The notes under the pieces were generated by a model. The model ran no database searches and was not told the DNA's origin. It worked only from the letters and a program-made list of their open reading frames with translations. A stretch of 64,000 nt of DNA from Candidatus Eiseniibacteriota bacterium. Its GTDB lineage: Bacteria > Eisenbacteria > RBG-16-71-46. The DNA lies in contig JBGAML010000001.1 in NCBI GenBank assembly GCA_044223005.1, forward strand, positions 1-64,000, read 5' to 3'. A program made the translations under genes and the position numbers. This document shows, piece after piece, positions 29,455-40,160 of the stretch; position 1 is the stretch's first letter, and each line of letters opens with the position of its first letter.

Positions 29455-30687
29455 ATGCCCGTCTGGTCGCACACGCGGATCGAGAGCTTCCGCCAGTGCC
29501 CGAGGAAGTACTTCTACAAGTACGTGAAGCGCGTGAAGCTGCCCGAGGAACCGGAAACGCTCGCGCAGTTCCTCGGCAAGCGCGTGCACGAATCGCTCGA
29601 ATGGCTCTACGGCGAGGCGCAGCGCAAGACGCCGCCCGGCGAGGCCGGACTGCTCGCCGATCTCGCGGCGCGCTGGGACGCGGAGTGGCACGAGGGCGTG
29701 ATGCTGCCCGACGACACGACGCCGGCCGAGCACCGCGCCACGGCGCAGCGCTGGCTCGCCGACTACCACCGACGCCATGCGCCGTTCGCGTCGCCGCGCA
29801 CCATGTCGCTGGAGCGCCGGATCAGCTTTCCGCTCGACGGCCCCCACAGCATGCAGGGCTTCGTCGACCGCATCGCGCGCACCGACGACGGCACGTGGCA
29901 GATCCACGACTACAAGACCAACCGCCGGCTGCCGACGCAGCAGGAGAAGGACGACGATCCGCAGCTCGCCTACTACCAGATCGGGCTGAAGACCCTCTGG
30001 CCCGAGGCGGAGAAGGTCGAGCTCGTGTGGCACTTCCTCGCGTTCGACACGACGATCACCAGCCGCCGCAGCCCCGAGGCGCTCGCGCAGGTGCGCACCG
30101 ACGCGCTCGCGACGATCGCCGACATCGAGCCGCGCGGCCGCGCCGAGGACGCCTGGCCGACGCACGAGTCGTCCCTGTGCGCGTACTGTGAGTTCCAAGC
30201 GATCTGCCCCGTGCGCAAGCACGCGATCGCCGTCCAGGCGCTGCCGCCCGAGCGGTTCGCGCGCGAGAGCGGCGTACAGCTCGTGGACCGCTGGACCGAG
30301 CTCGACGCGGCGAAGCGCGAGCTCAAGGCCCGCATGGACGCGCTCGAGCGCGAAGTCGACGAGATCCAGGCGAAGCTCGCCGCCTACGCCGACCAGTTCG
30401 GGCTCGAGGTGGTTTCGGGCTCCGAGCGCGAGGCTACCGTGCGGCATTCGGAGAAGGTGGTGTTTCCGCGCCGCTCGTATCCCGACGAGGCCGAGGAGGC
30501 CGCCGCGCTCGAGAAGCAGCTGCGCGAGTCGCCGCGCTGGGGCGAGGTCAGCGAGGTCAACCGGTTCGCGCTCGAGCGCATGTGGGCGAGGCGCGCCACG
30601 CTCGACGCCGACCTGCGCGCGCTGCTCGAGGAGTTCGGGCGGCTCGAAGCGATCACCGACGTGCGCCTGCGCCGGGCGCGGGACTGA
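29455..30687 (+). CDS. PD-(D/E)XK RecB-family nuclease with 4-Cys Fe-S motif and coiled-coil extension
   Basis: S..RI..F.QCPRKY, G..VH, E, GFVDRI, IHDYKT, QLAYY, CAYCEFQAIC; GGAGG RBS. Confidence 0.9.
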   Translation: MPVWSHTRIESFRQCPRKYFYKYVKRVKLPEEPETLAQFLGKRVHESLEWLYGEAQRKTPPGEAGLLADLAARWDAEWHEGVMLPDDTTPAEHRATAQRWLADYHRRHAPFASPRTMSLERRISFPLDGPHSMQGFVDRIARTDDGTWQIHDYKTNRRLPTQQEKDDDPQLAYYQIGLKTLWPEAEKVELVWHFLAFDTTITSRRSPEALAQVRTDALATIADIEPRGRAEDAWPTHESSLCAYCEFQAICPVRKHAIAVQALPPERFARESGVQLVDRWTELDAAKRELKARMDALEREVDEIQAKLAAYADQFGLEVVSGSEREATVRHSEKVVFPRRSYPDEAEEAAALEKQLRESPRWGEVSEVNRFALERMWARRATLDADLRALLEEFGRLEAITDVRLRRARD

Positions 30688-30739
30688 ACGTCCTGCGCCC
30701 GCTTGGCGCGGCCCGGCGGCGCGACTAGACTGCCGCGCC

Positions 30740-31705
<966 letters not shown>

Positions 31706-31743
31706 GCGGCGCGGTTCGCGCGCGGACGCCGCGCGCCCGCCGC

Positions 31744-32796
31744 ATGAGCGGCACGCCCGCCGAGCACGGCTACCGCTTCCCCGCCGAATGGGAGCGCCAG
31801 GTCGCGACGTGGTTGTCGTGGCCGCGCCCCGAGGGCATCTCGTTCCCGGGCCGCTGGCACACGGTGCCGCGGCCGCTCGCGGCCATCGTGCGCGCGATCG
31901 CCGAGCGCCAGCGCGTGCACGTCAACGTGCCGAACGAGAACTGGGAGCGCATCGTGCGCGAGCAGCTCGCGGCGTTCGACTGCCCCACGCGCCGCGTGCG
32001 CTTCTTCCACGTGCCCACGAACGAATGCTGGGCTCGCGACCACGGCCCCGCGTTCGTGGTCCGACGCGGACGCGGCGGCAAGCGCGAGATGGCGATCGTG
32101 GACTGGGGCTACAACGCGTGGGGCGGCAAGTACCCGCCGTTCGACGCCGACGACGCCGTGCCCACGCGCCTCGCGGAACAGCTCGGCCTGCCGCTCTTTC
32201 GCACGGACGTGGTGATGGAAGGCGGCGCCGTGGACTTCAACGGCGCCGGTTGCGTGCTCACGACCGAGAGCGTGCTGCTGAACCCGAACCGCAACCCGGG
32301 TCTCTCGAAGCGCGCCGTCGAGAAGATCCTGCGCGAGTGGTACGGGCAGGAACGCGTGCTCTGGCTCGGCGAGGGTATCGAGGGCGACGACACCGACGGC
32401 CACGTGGACGACCTCGCGCGCTTCCTCGATCCGCGCACGATCGTGACGGCGGTCGAGGACGACCCGCGCGACGCCAATCACAGGGTGCTGCGCGAGAACC
32501 TGCGGCGGCTGCGACTCCTGCGCGACACGGCCGGCCGGCCGTTCGACATCGTGACGATCCCGATGCCGAAACGCGTCGAGCTCGAGGGCCAGCGGCTCCC
32601 GGCCACGTACTTGAACTTCCTGTTCGTGAACGGGGCCGTGCTCGTGCCCACGTTCCGCGATCGCGCGAGCGAACGGATCGCGCTCGCGACGCTGCGACGG
32701 GCGCTGCCGAAGCACGAAGTGATCGGAATCGACTGCTCGGACCTGATCTGGGGCCTGGGCGCGATCCACTGCCTGACGCAGCAGCAGCCCGCGTAA
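31744..32796 (+). CDS. aguA: agmatine deiminase
   Basis: FPAEWE, WARDHGP, NAWGGKY, EGGAVD, DDTDGHVD, ATYLNF, GAIHCLTQQ; an alternative TTG start lies at 31702. Confidence 0.94.
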   Translation: MSGTPAEHGYRFPAEWERQVATWLSWPRPEGISFPGRWHTVPRPLAAIVRAIAERQRVHVNVPNENWERIVREQLAAFDCPTRRVRFFHVPTNECWARDHGPAFVVRRGRGGKREMAIVDWGYNAWGGKYPPFDADDAVPTRLAEQLGLPLFRTDVVMEGGAVDFNGAGCVLTTESVLLNPNRNPGLSKRAVEKILREWYGQERVLWLGEGIEGDDTDGHVDDLARFLDPRTIVTAVEDDPRDANHRVLRENLRRLRLLRDTAGRPFDIVTIPMPKRVELEGQRLPATYLNFLFVNGAVLVPTFRDRASERIALATLRRALPKHEVIGIDCSDLIWGLGAIHCLTQQQPA

Positions 32797-32833
32797 TCCG
32801 CGGTCGCGCCGGGCCTCGTGCGCGGATCGCGAG

Positions 32834-34000
32834 GTGCCGAAAACCCCGGGGACACCCGACCCCCTGGCGGGAGCCGCCGCGAGGGCACCCCCGGAGGCCC
32901 GTTTGAGCGAACCCGCGAACACCGCACCCCACCGTGGCTCGACGCCCTGGTGGCTGCTGGTCCCCCTCGGCATCCTCGGCGTGCTCGCCGCGTGCGTGTT
33001 CGCGGTCGTGCTCGCGATCAGCGTCCCGCGCGAGTGCGGCGACATCGAACGGCGCATCGCCGCGTGGGACGACGACCCCGCCGTGCTCTTCCAGGCGCAG
33101 GCGCGCCTCAAGCTGGTGCTGTTCACGCACCCGAAGTCCGCACGCGCTTGGGCGCTCGCGTCGCGCCTGGCGCGTGTCGCGGGCGAGCCGGCCGAGGGCC
33201 AGGCATGGAACGCGAAGGCGATCGAGTACGCGCACCAGGGCGCGCGGCGCGCGATCGCGGCCGAGCCGCGCTCCTACGAGGGCCACGTCGCCGAGGGCTG
33301 GGCGTACGCGATCGCGGGCGATCCGCTGCTCGCGGCCGACGAGTGCCGCAAGGCTCAGGCGCTCGCACCCGCCGCGCCGCGCGTGCTCGAGCTGGCGGCG
33401 CGGATCGCGCGCGACGATCGCCGGCCCGACGACGCGCTCCGCGCCGGCACCGCGCTCGCGCGCTCGCCCGACGCGGATTCGCTGGCTCGCGCCGCCGGCT
33501 GGGCCGAACTGGCGCGGTTGCACGCCGGCATGGCGGCGCCCGAGCAGGCGGATTCGTGCTGGCGCGGGGCGCTGGCGCAGGCGCCGCGCTCGCCGGCGCT
33601 GCGGCGTGCGTACGCGCGCTGGCTCGGCTCGGTGAACCGGCACGACGCGGCGATCGCGCAGGCGGAGACGCTGGTGGCGGTTTCGCCGTCGGCACGCAGC
33701 CGCGCGGGGCGCGGGCACGCCCACGCCGAAAAGGGCGTCTGGCTGGTGGACGTCGCGCACGACCCCGCGCGCGCGCTCGAGCAGTTCGAGCTCGCGAGCG
33801 CCGACGAACCCGACGATCCGGCGATCTGGTTCAACATCGCGGTCGCCCGGCTCGGCCTCTGGCACGAGCGGCACGACGACGCCGACCGCGCCGCAGGACT
33901 CGCCGCCCTGGCCCGCGCCGAGCGGCTCGCGCCGCGGGACACCGACATCGAGCCGCTGCGGGCGATGTTCGACGAAAGCGCGGGAACCACCGCGCGCTGA
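32834..34000 (+). CDS. membrane-anchored TPR-repeat protein
   Basis: N-terminal TM; Ala-rich helical repeats such as PDDPAIWFNIAVA. Confidence 0.7.
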   Translation: MPKTPGTPDPLAGAAARAPPEARLSEPANTAPHRGSTPWWLLVPLGILGVLAACVFAVVLAISVPRECGDIERRIAAWDDDPAVLFQAQARLKLVLFTHPKSARAWALASRLARVAGEPAEGQAWNAKAIEYAHQGARRAIAAEPRSYEGHVAEGWAYAIAGDPLLAADECRKAQALAPAAPRVLELAARIARDDRRPDDALRAGTALARSPDADSLARAAGWAELARLHAGMAAPEQADSCWRGALAQAPRSPALRRAYARWLGSVNRHDAAIAQAETLVAVSPSARSRAGRGHAHAEKGVWLVDVAHDPARALEQFELASADEPDDPAIWFNIAVARLGLWHERHDDADRAAGLAALARAERLAPRDTDIEPLRAMFDESAGTTAR

Positions 34001-34047
34001 CCGGGTATCGACCGGTGCGCCGCCCGGGCAATGCGCTTCCGAAAAGC

Positions 34048-34064
34048 ACTTTGTATTGCAAAGT
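34048..34064. promoter_or_regulatory. palindromic operator upstream of creD
   Basis: ACTTTG-TATTG-CAAAGT, an AT-rich island in very GC-rich DNA. Confidence 0.7.
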
Positions 34065-34211
34065 TATGACGTCTCCCCACGGAGCGTCGGCTACGCTCGT
34101 CCTGCGGGACGGACCGATCGCGGGACGATCGGCGCCGCCCGACGCGCGTGAGCACGCGCTCACGCCGACGCTTCGCACGGCCGCCGCGATGCGGCCCATC
34201 GGAGGAACTCC

Positions 34212-35579
34212 ATGAATCCCCTCTCCGGTCCGCAGTCCCCTCCGTCCTTCCTGCCGCGGGGCAGCGCGCCCGCCCTGCGCGCGCTGCTGCTCTTCGTGCT
34301 CGTGCTCGCGCTGCAGATCCCCACGCTGTTCATCACGTTCCTCGTCAAGGAGCGCAAGAACCGCCACGACGAGGCCGCGACCGAGATCGCTTCCAAGTGG
34401 GGCCGCCGCCAGAGCCTCACCGGGCCCGCGATGATCGTGCCGTGGACCCGGCACTGGACCGAGACCGACGAGAAGGGCGTCGTGCACGCCCGCAGCGAAC
34501 AGCGCCGGCTCGTGATCCTGCCCGAGTCGCTCGACGTCGACGCGAAGCTCACCACCGACGTCCGCAAGCGCGGCATCTACTCGGTGCCGGTCTACAAGCT
34601 CCGCTCGCAGTTCCACGGCCACTTCGCGCCGCCCGACTTCGCTGCCCTCGGCGTGACGCCGGCCGATGTCGACTGGAGCCGTGCGGTGCTCACCGTGGGG
34701 CTGTCGGACGCGCGCGCGATCCAGGAGCAGGTGGTGCTCGACTGGGACGGCCGCGCGATCGAGTTCCTGCCCGGCAACGCCGAGGGGCCCGAGATCGGCG
34801 AGGGTATCCACGCCGAACTCGACCTCGCCGACGCGCCGTGGACGAAGCCGTTCGCGTTCACGCTGCAGCTCAACGGGACCGACGGCGCGTTCTTCCGCCC
34901 GTTCGGCAAGGTCACCGACGTGCGGCTCGCGGGCGACTGGCCCAACCCCAGCTTCCAGGGGCTGTGGCTCCCCACCGAGCGCAGCGTCGGCGACAAGGCG
35001 TTCACCGCGCACTGGCGGATCCCGTCGCTCGGCCGCAACTACCCGCAGGCGTGGATCGACGGCAACGACGTCTCGGGCGCGATCAAGCAGTCGGAGTTCG
35101 GGCTCGACCTCGCCTCGGACATCGACGCCTACCGGCTCTGCGACCGGACGCTCAAGTACGCGATGCTCTTCTTCGTGCTCACGTTCACGGCCTTCTGGCT
35201 GCTCGAGGTGCTCGGCGGGCGGCCGCTGCACGTCGTGAACTACCTGTTGATCGGCGCCGCACTCGCGCTCTTCACCATGCTCGAGCTCGCGTTCTCGGAA
35301 CACGTGGGCTTCGGCATGGCGTACGCCATCGCGGGCGCCGCCGTGGTGGGGCTGATCGTCCACTACGCGTCGGCGATCCTCGGCAGCCTGCCGCGCGCGC
35401 TCATGGTCGGGCTCGGGCTCGGTCTGCTCTACGCGTTCCACTATGTCGTGCTGCGCAACGAGGACTATGCACTGCTGCTGGGCTCGCTGCTGCTCTTCCT
35501 CACGCTCGCGGCGGTGATGGGCCTCACGCGGCGCATCGACTGGTCGGGAGCGGGCGCCTCCGGCACGCCGCGCGCCTGA
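34212..35579 (+). CDS. creD: inner membrane protein CreD
   Basis: W...Q.LTGP, RGIYSVPVY, WPNPSFQG, R..KYAMLF, NYLLIG.AL..F..L.LAFSEH, EDYALLLGS. Confidence 0.93.
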   Translation: MNPLSGPQSPPSFLPRGSAPALRALLLFVLVLALQIPTLFITFLVKERKNRHDEAATEIASKWGRRQSLTGPAMIVPWTRHWTETDEKGVVHARSEQRRLVILPESLDVDAKLTTDVRKRGIYSVPVYKLRSQFHGHFAPPDFAALGVTPADVDWSRAVLTVGLSDARAIQEQVVLDWDGRAIEFLPGNAEGPEIGEGIHAELDLADAPWTKPFAFTLQLNGTDGAFFRPFGKVTDVRLAGDWPNPSFQGLWLPTERSVGDKAFTAHWRIPSLGRNYPQAWIDGNDVSGAIKQSEFGLDLASDIDAYRLCDRTLKYAMLFFVLTFTAFWLLEVLGGRPLHVVNYLLIGAALALFTMLELAFSEHVGFGMAYAIAGAAVVGLIVHYASAILGSLPRALMVGLGLGLLYAFHYVVLRNEDYALLLGSLLLFLTLAAVMGLTRRIDWSGAGASGTPRA

Positions 35580-35596
35580 GCCCGTCCCGAATGCGA

Positions 35597-35630
35597 AACG
35601 CCCCGCGAGGCGCGAGCCTCGCGGGGCGTT
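35597..35630. terminator. bidirectional terminator hairpin between creD and pfp
   Basis: aacgccccgcgaggc-gcga-gcctcgcggggcgtt. Confidence 0.75.
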
Positions 35631-35652
35631 CGTGCATCACGGACCAGGCCGC

Positions 35653-37059
35653 TCAGTCGCCGCCGCGCGCCGACTTGCCGGCCGGCGCCCCCGGTGCTGC
35701 CGGAGCCGCCGGAGCGGGCACGGCCTTCTTCGACGCCTCGGCCCGCGCCGCACTGCTCGCCCGCAGCGCGTTCGCGAGCGCCTTGTCGAACAGGTGGATG
35801 GCCGGCAGCTCGTCCGAGATCAGGTACTCGAACTCCTTGCGGAACTGTTCGAGCGACATGTGCGCGGTGGCCGCGAAGCGGGCCAGCTCGTGCTCGTCCT
35901 CGAAGTCGTCCCGCCGGAGCCGGATCATGTAGCGGCGCGCGATCGCGTACCGCGTCGAGTGGATGTCGACCATGCGCGTCTTGGCGCGGCCGCTGATCGG
36001 GTCGAGCAGGTCCTTGAACGGGATCGGCACGAACTGGCCCGCCTGCATCGACACCAGCGCGGCGTTGCCGCCCTCGAGCAGGTACTTGGTGGCGCAGTAG
36101 CCGAGGTCGCGCGTGTACTCCATGTCGTTCGGGATCGGATCGGCGCAGCGCAGCTCGTAGCCGATGTTCTTCTCGACGATCGTCGTGTTGAGCCCGAACT
36201 CCTTGAGCCGCTTCTGCACGGCGCGCTTGAGCATCTCGCCGATGTTGACCTCGGCGATCCGCACGTGGCCGTGCGCGTCGCGCTCGACGTCGTCGAAGTT
36301 CTCGAAGTCCTGCGGGTCGATGCTCAGCACGACGCCCTCGGCGATCACCGCGACACCGTCGCGGCGGCCGTACGCGAGCCGCTTGATGATCGCGCACACC
36401 AGCGTGTCGACCAGGCTCTTGAGCCGGATCGGCTGCGTCGCGAACTCCTCGGGCACGAGCGTGAGCGTGGAGCCTGCGGCCTTGCCGATCCCGAGCGCGA
36501 GGTGCCCGGCCTTGCGGCCCATCGCGATGATGAAGTACCAGCGCGACGTGGTCTTGGCGTCGACCATGATGTTCTTCACGATCTCGACGCCGATGTGGCG
36601 CGCGGTCTGGTAGCCGAACGTGTCCACGTGCATCGGCAGGTCGAGGTCGTTGTCGATCGACTTGGGCACGTGCACCACGTGGATGCGGCCGGCCGACTTC
36701 TCCTCGAGCTTCATGGCCGAAAAGGCCGTGTCGTCGCCGCCGATCGTGACCAGGTCCGTGACGCCCAGGCGCAGCAGCGAGATCACCGCGTTCTCGAGCA
36801 GCTGCGGGTCCTTGGTCGGGTTCGCGCGCGAGATGCCGATGTGCGAGCCGCCGCGGAAGTGGATCCGCGAGATGCCCTCGATCGTGAGCGGGCGGACGTG
36901 GTCGATGTTGCCCTGCATGATCCACTCGAAGCCGTCCTCGATGCCGACGACTTCGACGCCCTCGAGCAGCGCGCGGATGGTGGCGGCGGCGATCACGCTG
37001 TTGATGCCCGGAGCCGGGCCGCCGCCGACCAGGATCGCGAGTTTCTTGTGGTGCTTCAT
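35653..37059 (-). CDS. pfp: pyrophosphate-dependent phosphofructokinase
   Basis: GGGPAPGIN, GGDD and PKSIDND (PPi-specificity residues D and K), MGR, GYELRC. Confidence 0.92.
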   Translation of the reverse strand: MKHHKKLAILVGGGPAPGINSVIAAATIRALLEGVEVVGIEDGFEWIMQGNIDHVRPLTIEGISRIHFRGGSHIGISRANPTKDPQLLENAVISLLRLGVTDLVTIGGDDTAFSAMKLEEKSAGRIHVVHVPKSIDNDLDLPMHVDTFGYQTARHIGVEIVKNIMVDAKTTSRWYFIIAMGRKAGHLALGIGKAAGSTLTLVPEEFATQPIRLKSLVDTLVCAIIKRLAYGRRDGVAVIAEGVVLSIDPQDFENFDDVERDAHGHVRIAEVNIGEMLKRAVQKRLKEFGLNTTIVEKNIGYELRCADPIPNDMEYTRDLGYCATKYLLEGGNAALVSMQAGQFVPIPFKDLLDPISGRAKTRMVDIHSTRYAIARRYMIRLRRDDFEDEHELARFAATAHMSLEQFRKEFEYLISDELPAIHLFDKALANALRASSAARAEASKKAVPAPAAPAAPGAPAGKSARGGD

Positions 37060-37176
37060 GCTTCACTCCTGCGGGAGATTGGGTTCATCCGAGTCCGGTA
37101 GTCCGGAATTCTCCCGGAGCGTGCACCACGTCGCGGCGCGCGCGCAAACCCGTGTTTCACCGCGGATGAAACAGGC

Positions 37177-37204
37177 GGGGCGCGGTCCGAACGGACCGCG
37201 CCCC
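37177..37204. terminator. hairpin between the P-loop gene and pfp
   Basis: ggggcgcggtcc-gaac-ggaccgcgcccc. Confidence 0.55.
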
Positions 37205-37223
37205 ATGATGCGATGGTGGCTGC

Positions 37224-38204
37224 TCAGCCGCGCTTCGCGTTCAGCTCCGCGAGCCGCGCCAGGGCGCCGCCCAGACCTTCGTGCAGCGCCTTCACGTTCG
37301 CCGGGTCCCACTGCGCGCGGTCGGCGCGAACAAAGGTCGTCTTGTCGACGCGGTTGTCGAAGCGCGCCACCGGGATGTAGTACGTGCGGCCGCGCGTCTC
37401 GAGCTTGATCGTGTCCGGCCGGTCGGAGTGCTGGATCAGCCACTCCATGTCGTCGCAGCCGTAGTCGCCGAGCATCACCGCCATCGGCACGCCGTGGTGG
37501 AGGATCGAGCCCGGGTCGTTCGGGTCCGTGCGCTCGTGGTTCTTGCGTCGCGACTCCTCGGGCGTCACCCACACGTAGAGGATCGTCGCCTTGGCGAGAA
37601 TCGCGTCGCTGAACTGCGCGATCGAGTACATGTAGCCGAGCGGCGCCGGCAGCGGCAGCGTCGCGCCGTCCGGACCGCCACGCGCGGCTTCGATCACGAT
37701 CGTGCGGCCCTCGAGCGAATCCGGGATGCCCTCGTTCTTGTCGGCCAGCAGCTGCTTCGACTCGGCCTCGAGCGCGGCGACGAGCTCGGCGCGCAGCGGC
37801 GCGGCCAGCGCGCCCAACGCGGGCGTCGCGCCCACCTTCCTGCGCGCGGCGTCGAAGCGGTCGAGCAGCCACGTCGCAGCCGACGCGGGCGACGCGCGGC
37901 GCTTCGTGACGAGATCGTCGAAGTCCTCGTTCAGCAGCTGGATCAGCGTGCCCCAGTCGCGCGACTCCTTCATCGGGAGATCGTCGCTGTCGAAGAAGAC
38001 GCCGTCCTGCCCGCGCTTGCGCAGCTCCTGGCTCACGCGGCGCATCATGTGGACGTAGGGGTAGTCGTCGAGCTGGACCGTGGGGCCCATGTGCATCTCG
38101 TCCCGGCACTGCTGCGGCGTGAGGTTCGCCATGTAGCGGCGCACCTCGGACTTGCCCGAGGCGGGCAGCGCGAGCAGGAGGACGACGTCGAGAACCTGGC
38201 TCAT
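37224..38204 (-). CDS. uncharacterised P-loop kinase-like protein
   Basis: N-terminal LLLALPASGKSE Walker-A variant, LDD, IVIEAARG, ESRRKN lid-like segment. Confidence 0.8.
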   Translation of the reverse strand: MSQVLDVVLLLALPASGKSEVRRYMANLTPQQCRDEMHMGPTVQLDDYPYVHMMRRVSQELRKRGQDGVFFDSDDLPMKESRDWGTLIQLLNEDFDDLVTKRRASPASAATWLLDRFDAARRKVGATPALGALAAPLRAELVAALEAESKQLLADKNEGIPDSLEGRTIVIEAARGGPDGATLPLPAPLGYMYSIAQFSDAILAKATILYVWVTPEESRRKNHERTDPNDPGSILHHGVPMAVMLGDYGCDDMEWLIQHSDRPDTIKLETRGRTYYIPVARFDNRVDKTTFVRADRAQWDPANVKALHEGLGGALARLAELNAKRG

Positions 38205-38321
38205 GGAAGGAGATTCGCTTTCGGAGATGAGAGTGGACGTGGGGTCCGGTGTGATGTCGGAACGCGAAACCGCCCGGGGACTATAGCCTCGGGCGGCTTC
38301 GCGCGTCATTCCGGCAATCGG

Positions 38322-38960
38322 TCAGTGGCGATCCCCATCCGGACGGCCCATGCCCCCCGGTCCGCCGGGACCACCCGGCCCGCCCGGGCCACCGGGGCCA
38401 CCGGGGCCACCGGGCCCGCCTTGCCCCGGGCGTCCGGGCGGCCGCTGCGGCTTCGCGTGACCCTGGTGGCAGGTGTAGCAGCCGACGTGCGGCGCGTCGT
38501 CGTCGGGCCACGGGATGTGCCGGATCACCGAGTCGTTGAGCGCCGACGTCATGCGCATCATGCCGCGCGCCACGGCCTTGGTCTTCTTGTCCTCGTCGGC
38601 CCAGTGGTTGTCGACGTGGCAGTGCGAGCACGGCACGCCGAGCGCGCCCCCGATGCTGTTCATGGAGCGCAGCACGCGCTCGGCCGGGATGCCCTTCATG
38701 AGTTCGAGGTTCTTCCACACGCTCTCGGCCGGGGCGCTCTCGCGGCCCTTGATGCGCTCCATCGTGATCTTGACGAAGCTGTCCCGCTCGGCCGCGAACG
38801 AGTCGGTCGCGTACGGCTGCCAGCGCTGGAACGTGCGGCCCGGGCCACCGGGGCCGCCGGAACCGCCGCCCGGGCGATCGGGCCCCTGGGCCCGCGCGCT
38901 CAGCGCGGAGACGACGACACATGCGAGCAGCGCGGCGGCGGCGAGAGGGCGACGGCGCAT
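38322..38960 (-). CDS. exported diheme c-type cytochrome (reaction-centre cytochrome c subunit-like family) with GGP repeats
   Basis: Signal peptide; KNLELMK..M..I..ALGVPCSHCH, ARGMMRM, CYTCHQG; (GGP)n termini. Confidence 0.85.
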   Translation of the reverse strand: MRRRPLAAAALLACVVVSALSARAQGPDRPGGGSGGPGGPGRTFQRWQPYATDSFAAERDSFVKITMERIKGRESAPAESVWKNLELMKGIPAERVLRSMNSIGGALGVPCSHCHVDNHWADEDKKTKAVARGMMRMTSALNDSVIRHIPWPDDDAPHVGCYTCHQGHAKPQRPPGRPGQGGPGGPGGPGGPGGPGGPGGPGGMGRPDGDRH

Positions 38961-39138
38961 GGGACCTCCGGGTGGCGTGCGCGGGGCGTCGGGAAGGCGG
39001 GAAGCATAGATGCACCGCTCGCCGCACCGCAGCAGGAATCCGCCGGGCGGCGGCGTTCTTGACCCTCCCCGGGCCCTCTGGAATCCTCGCCGTTCACGCA
39101 CACCCCTCCACGCCGTCCCACCCGTACGGATGCCCGCC

Positions 39139-40155
39139 ATGACCGACGCCGCCCCGGACGACCTGTTCGACCTCACGATCATCGGCGCCGGGCCCGTCGG
39201 GCTCTTCGGCGCCTTCTACGCCGGCATGCGAGGCATGAAGGTGAAGCTGGTGGACAGCCTCGCCGAGCTCGGCGGCCAGTTGAGCGCGCTCTATCCCGAC
39301 AAGTACATCTACGACATGGCGGGCTTCCCCAAGGTGCTCGCGCGCGATCTCGTCCGTGACCTGTCGGAGCAGGCGATGCAGTTCCATCCCGCGATCTGCC
39401 TCGAGGAGAAGGTCACGACGCTGACCCCCGTCGAGGGCGGGTTCGAGCTCGGCACCGAGCGCGGCCGCACGCACCGCACCAAGACCGTGCTCATCACCGC
39501 GGGCGTCGGCGCGTTCGCGCCCAAGAAGCTCGAGAACGCCGAGTTCGCGAAGTGGGAAGGCAAGGGCCTCCACTACGTGATCCCGAACCTCAAGATCTTC
39601 GCGGGCCGGCGCGTGCTGGTGGTGGGTGGTGGCGACTCCGCGGTCGACTGGGCGCTGCACCTGGAGGAGATCGCGAAGGAGGTCACGCTGATCCACCGGC
39701 GCGACAGCTTCCGCGCGCACGAGGACAGCGTGAAGAAGCTGCACGCCTCGAGCGCGAAGGTCGTGCTCTTCCACGAACTGAAGGACGTCCAGGGCGACGA
39801 CCGCGTGCGGCGCGCGGTGATCTTCGACAACCGCTCGAAGGAGGAGACCACGGTCGAGATCGACGACCTGGTCGTGAACTTCGGCTTCCTCGCGAACCTC
39901 GGCCCCATCAAGACGTGGGGGCTGAACTTCGAGAAGATCTCGATCGTCGTGAACCAGCAGATGGAGACGAACATTCCCGGCGTCATGGCCGCGGGCGACA
40001 TCACCACCTACCCGGGCAAGCTCAAGCTCATCGTCACGGGCGTGGGCGAGGCGACCATGGCCGTCTGTACCGCGAAGATGCGCTGCGATCCCAAGGCCAG
40101 CTACTTCCCCGGTCACTCGTCGGGCTCCGCCGCGTTCGGCGAGGGCGGTCACTGA
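39139..40155 (+). CDS. TrxB-like ferredoxin-NADP+ reductase (YumC type)
   Basis: IIGAGPVG, GGQLSALYPDKYIYD, GGGDSAVDWA, HRRDSFRAH, YPGKLKLI; no CxxC. Confidence 0.9.
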   Translation: MTDAAPDDLFDLTIIGAGPVGLFGAFYAGMRGMKVKLVDSLAELGGQLSALYPDKYIYDMAGFPKVLARDLVRDLSEQAMQFHPAICLEEKVTTLTPVEGGFELGTERGRTHRTKTVLITAGVGAFAPKKLENAEFAKWEGKGLHYVIPNLKIFAGRRVLVVGGGDSAVDWALHLEEIAKEVTLIHRRDSFRAHEDSVKKLHASSAKVVLFHELKDVQGDDRVRRAVIFDNRSKEETTVEIDDLVVNFGFLANLGPIKTWGLNFEKISIVVNQQMETNIPGVMAAGDITTYPGKLKLIVTGVGEATMAVCTAKMRCDPKASYFPGHSSGSAAFGEGGH

Positions 40156-40160
40156 GGCCC

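Noticed and set aside
29455..30687. cas4 of a CRISPR-Cas locus
   Set aside because: No cas1/cas2 or array in the window; motifs fit a generic RecB-family PD-(D/E)XK nuclease.
38340..38430. GGP repeat as a collagen-like or mobile repeat
   Set aside because: Short in-frame (GGP)n low-complexity tail of the cytochrome; it explains the 9-nt periodicity.
38322..38960. evidence of phototrophy from the reaction-centre cytochrome-like protein
   Set aside because: Only a short diheme member of the family; no pufLM or bch genes here; such proteins occur in non-phototrophs.
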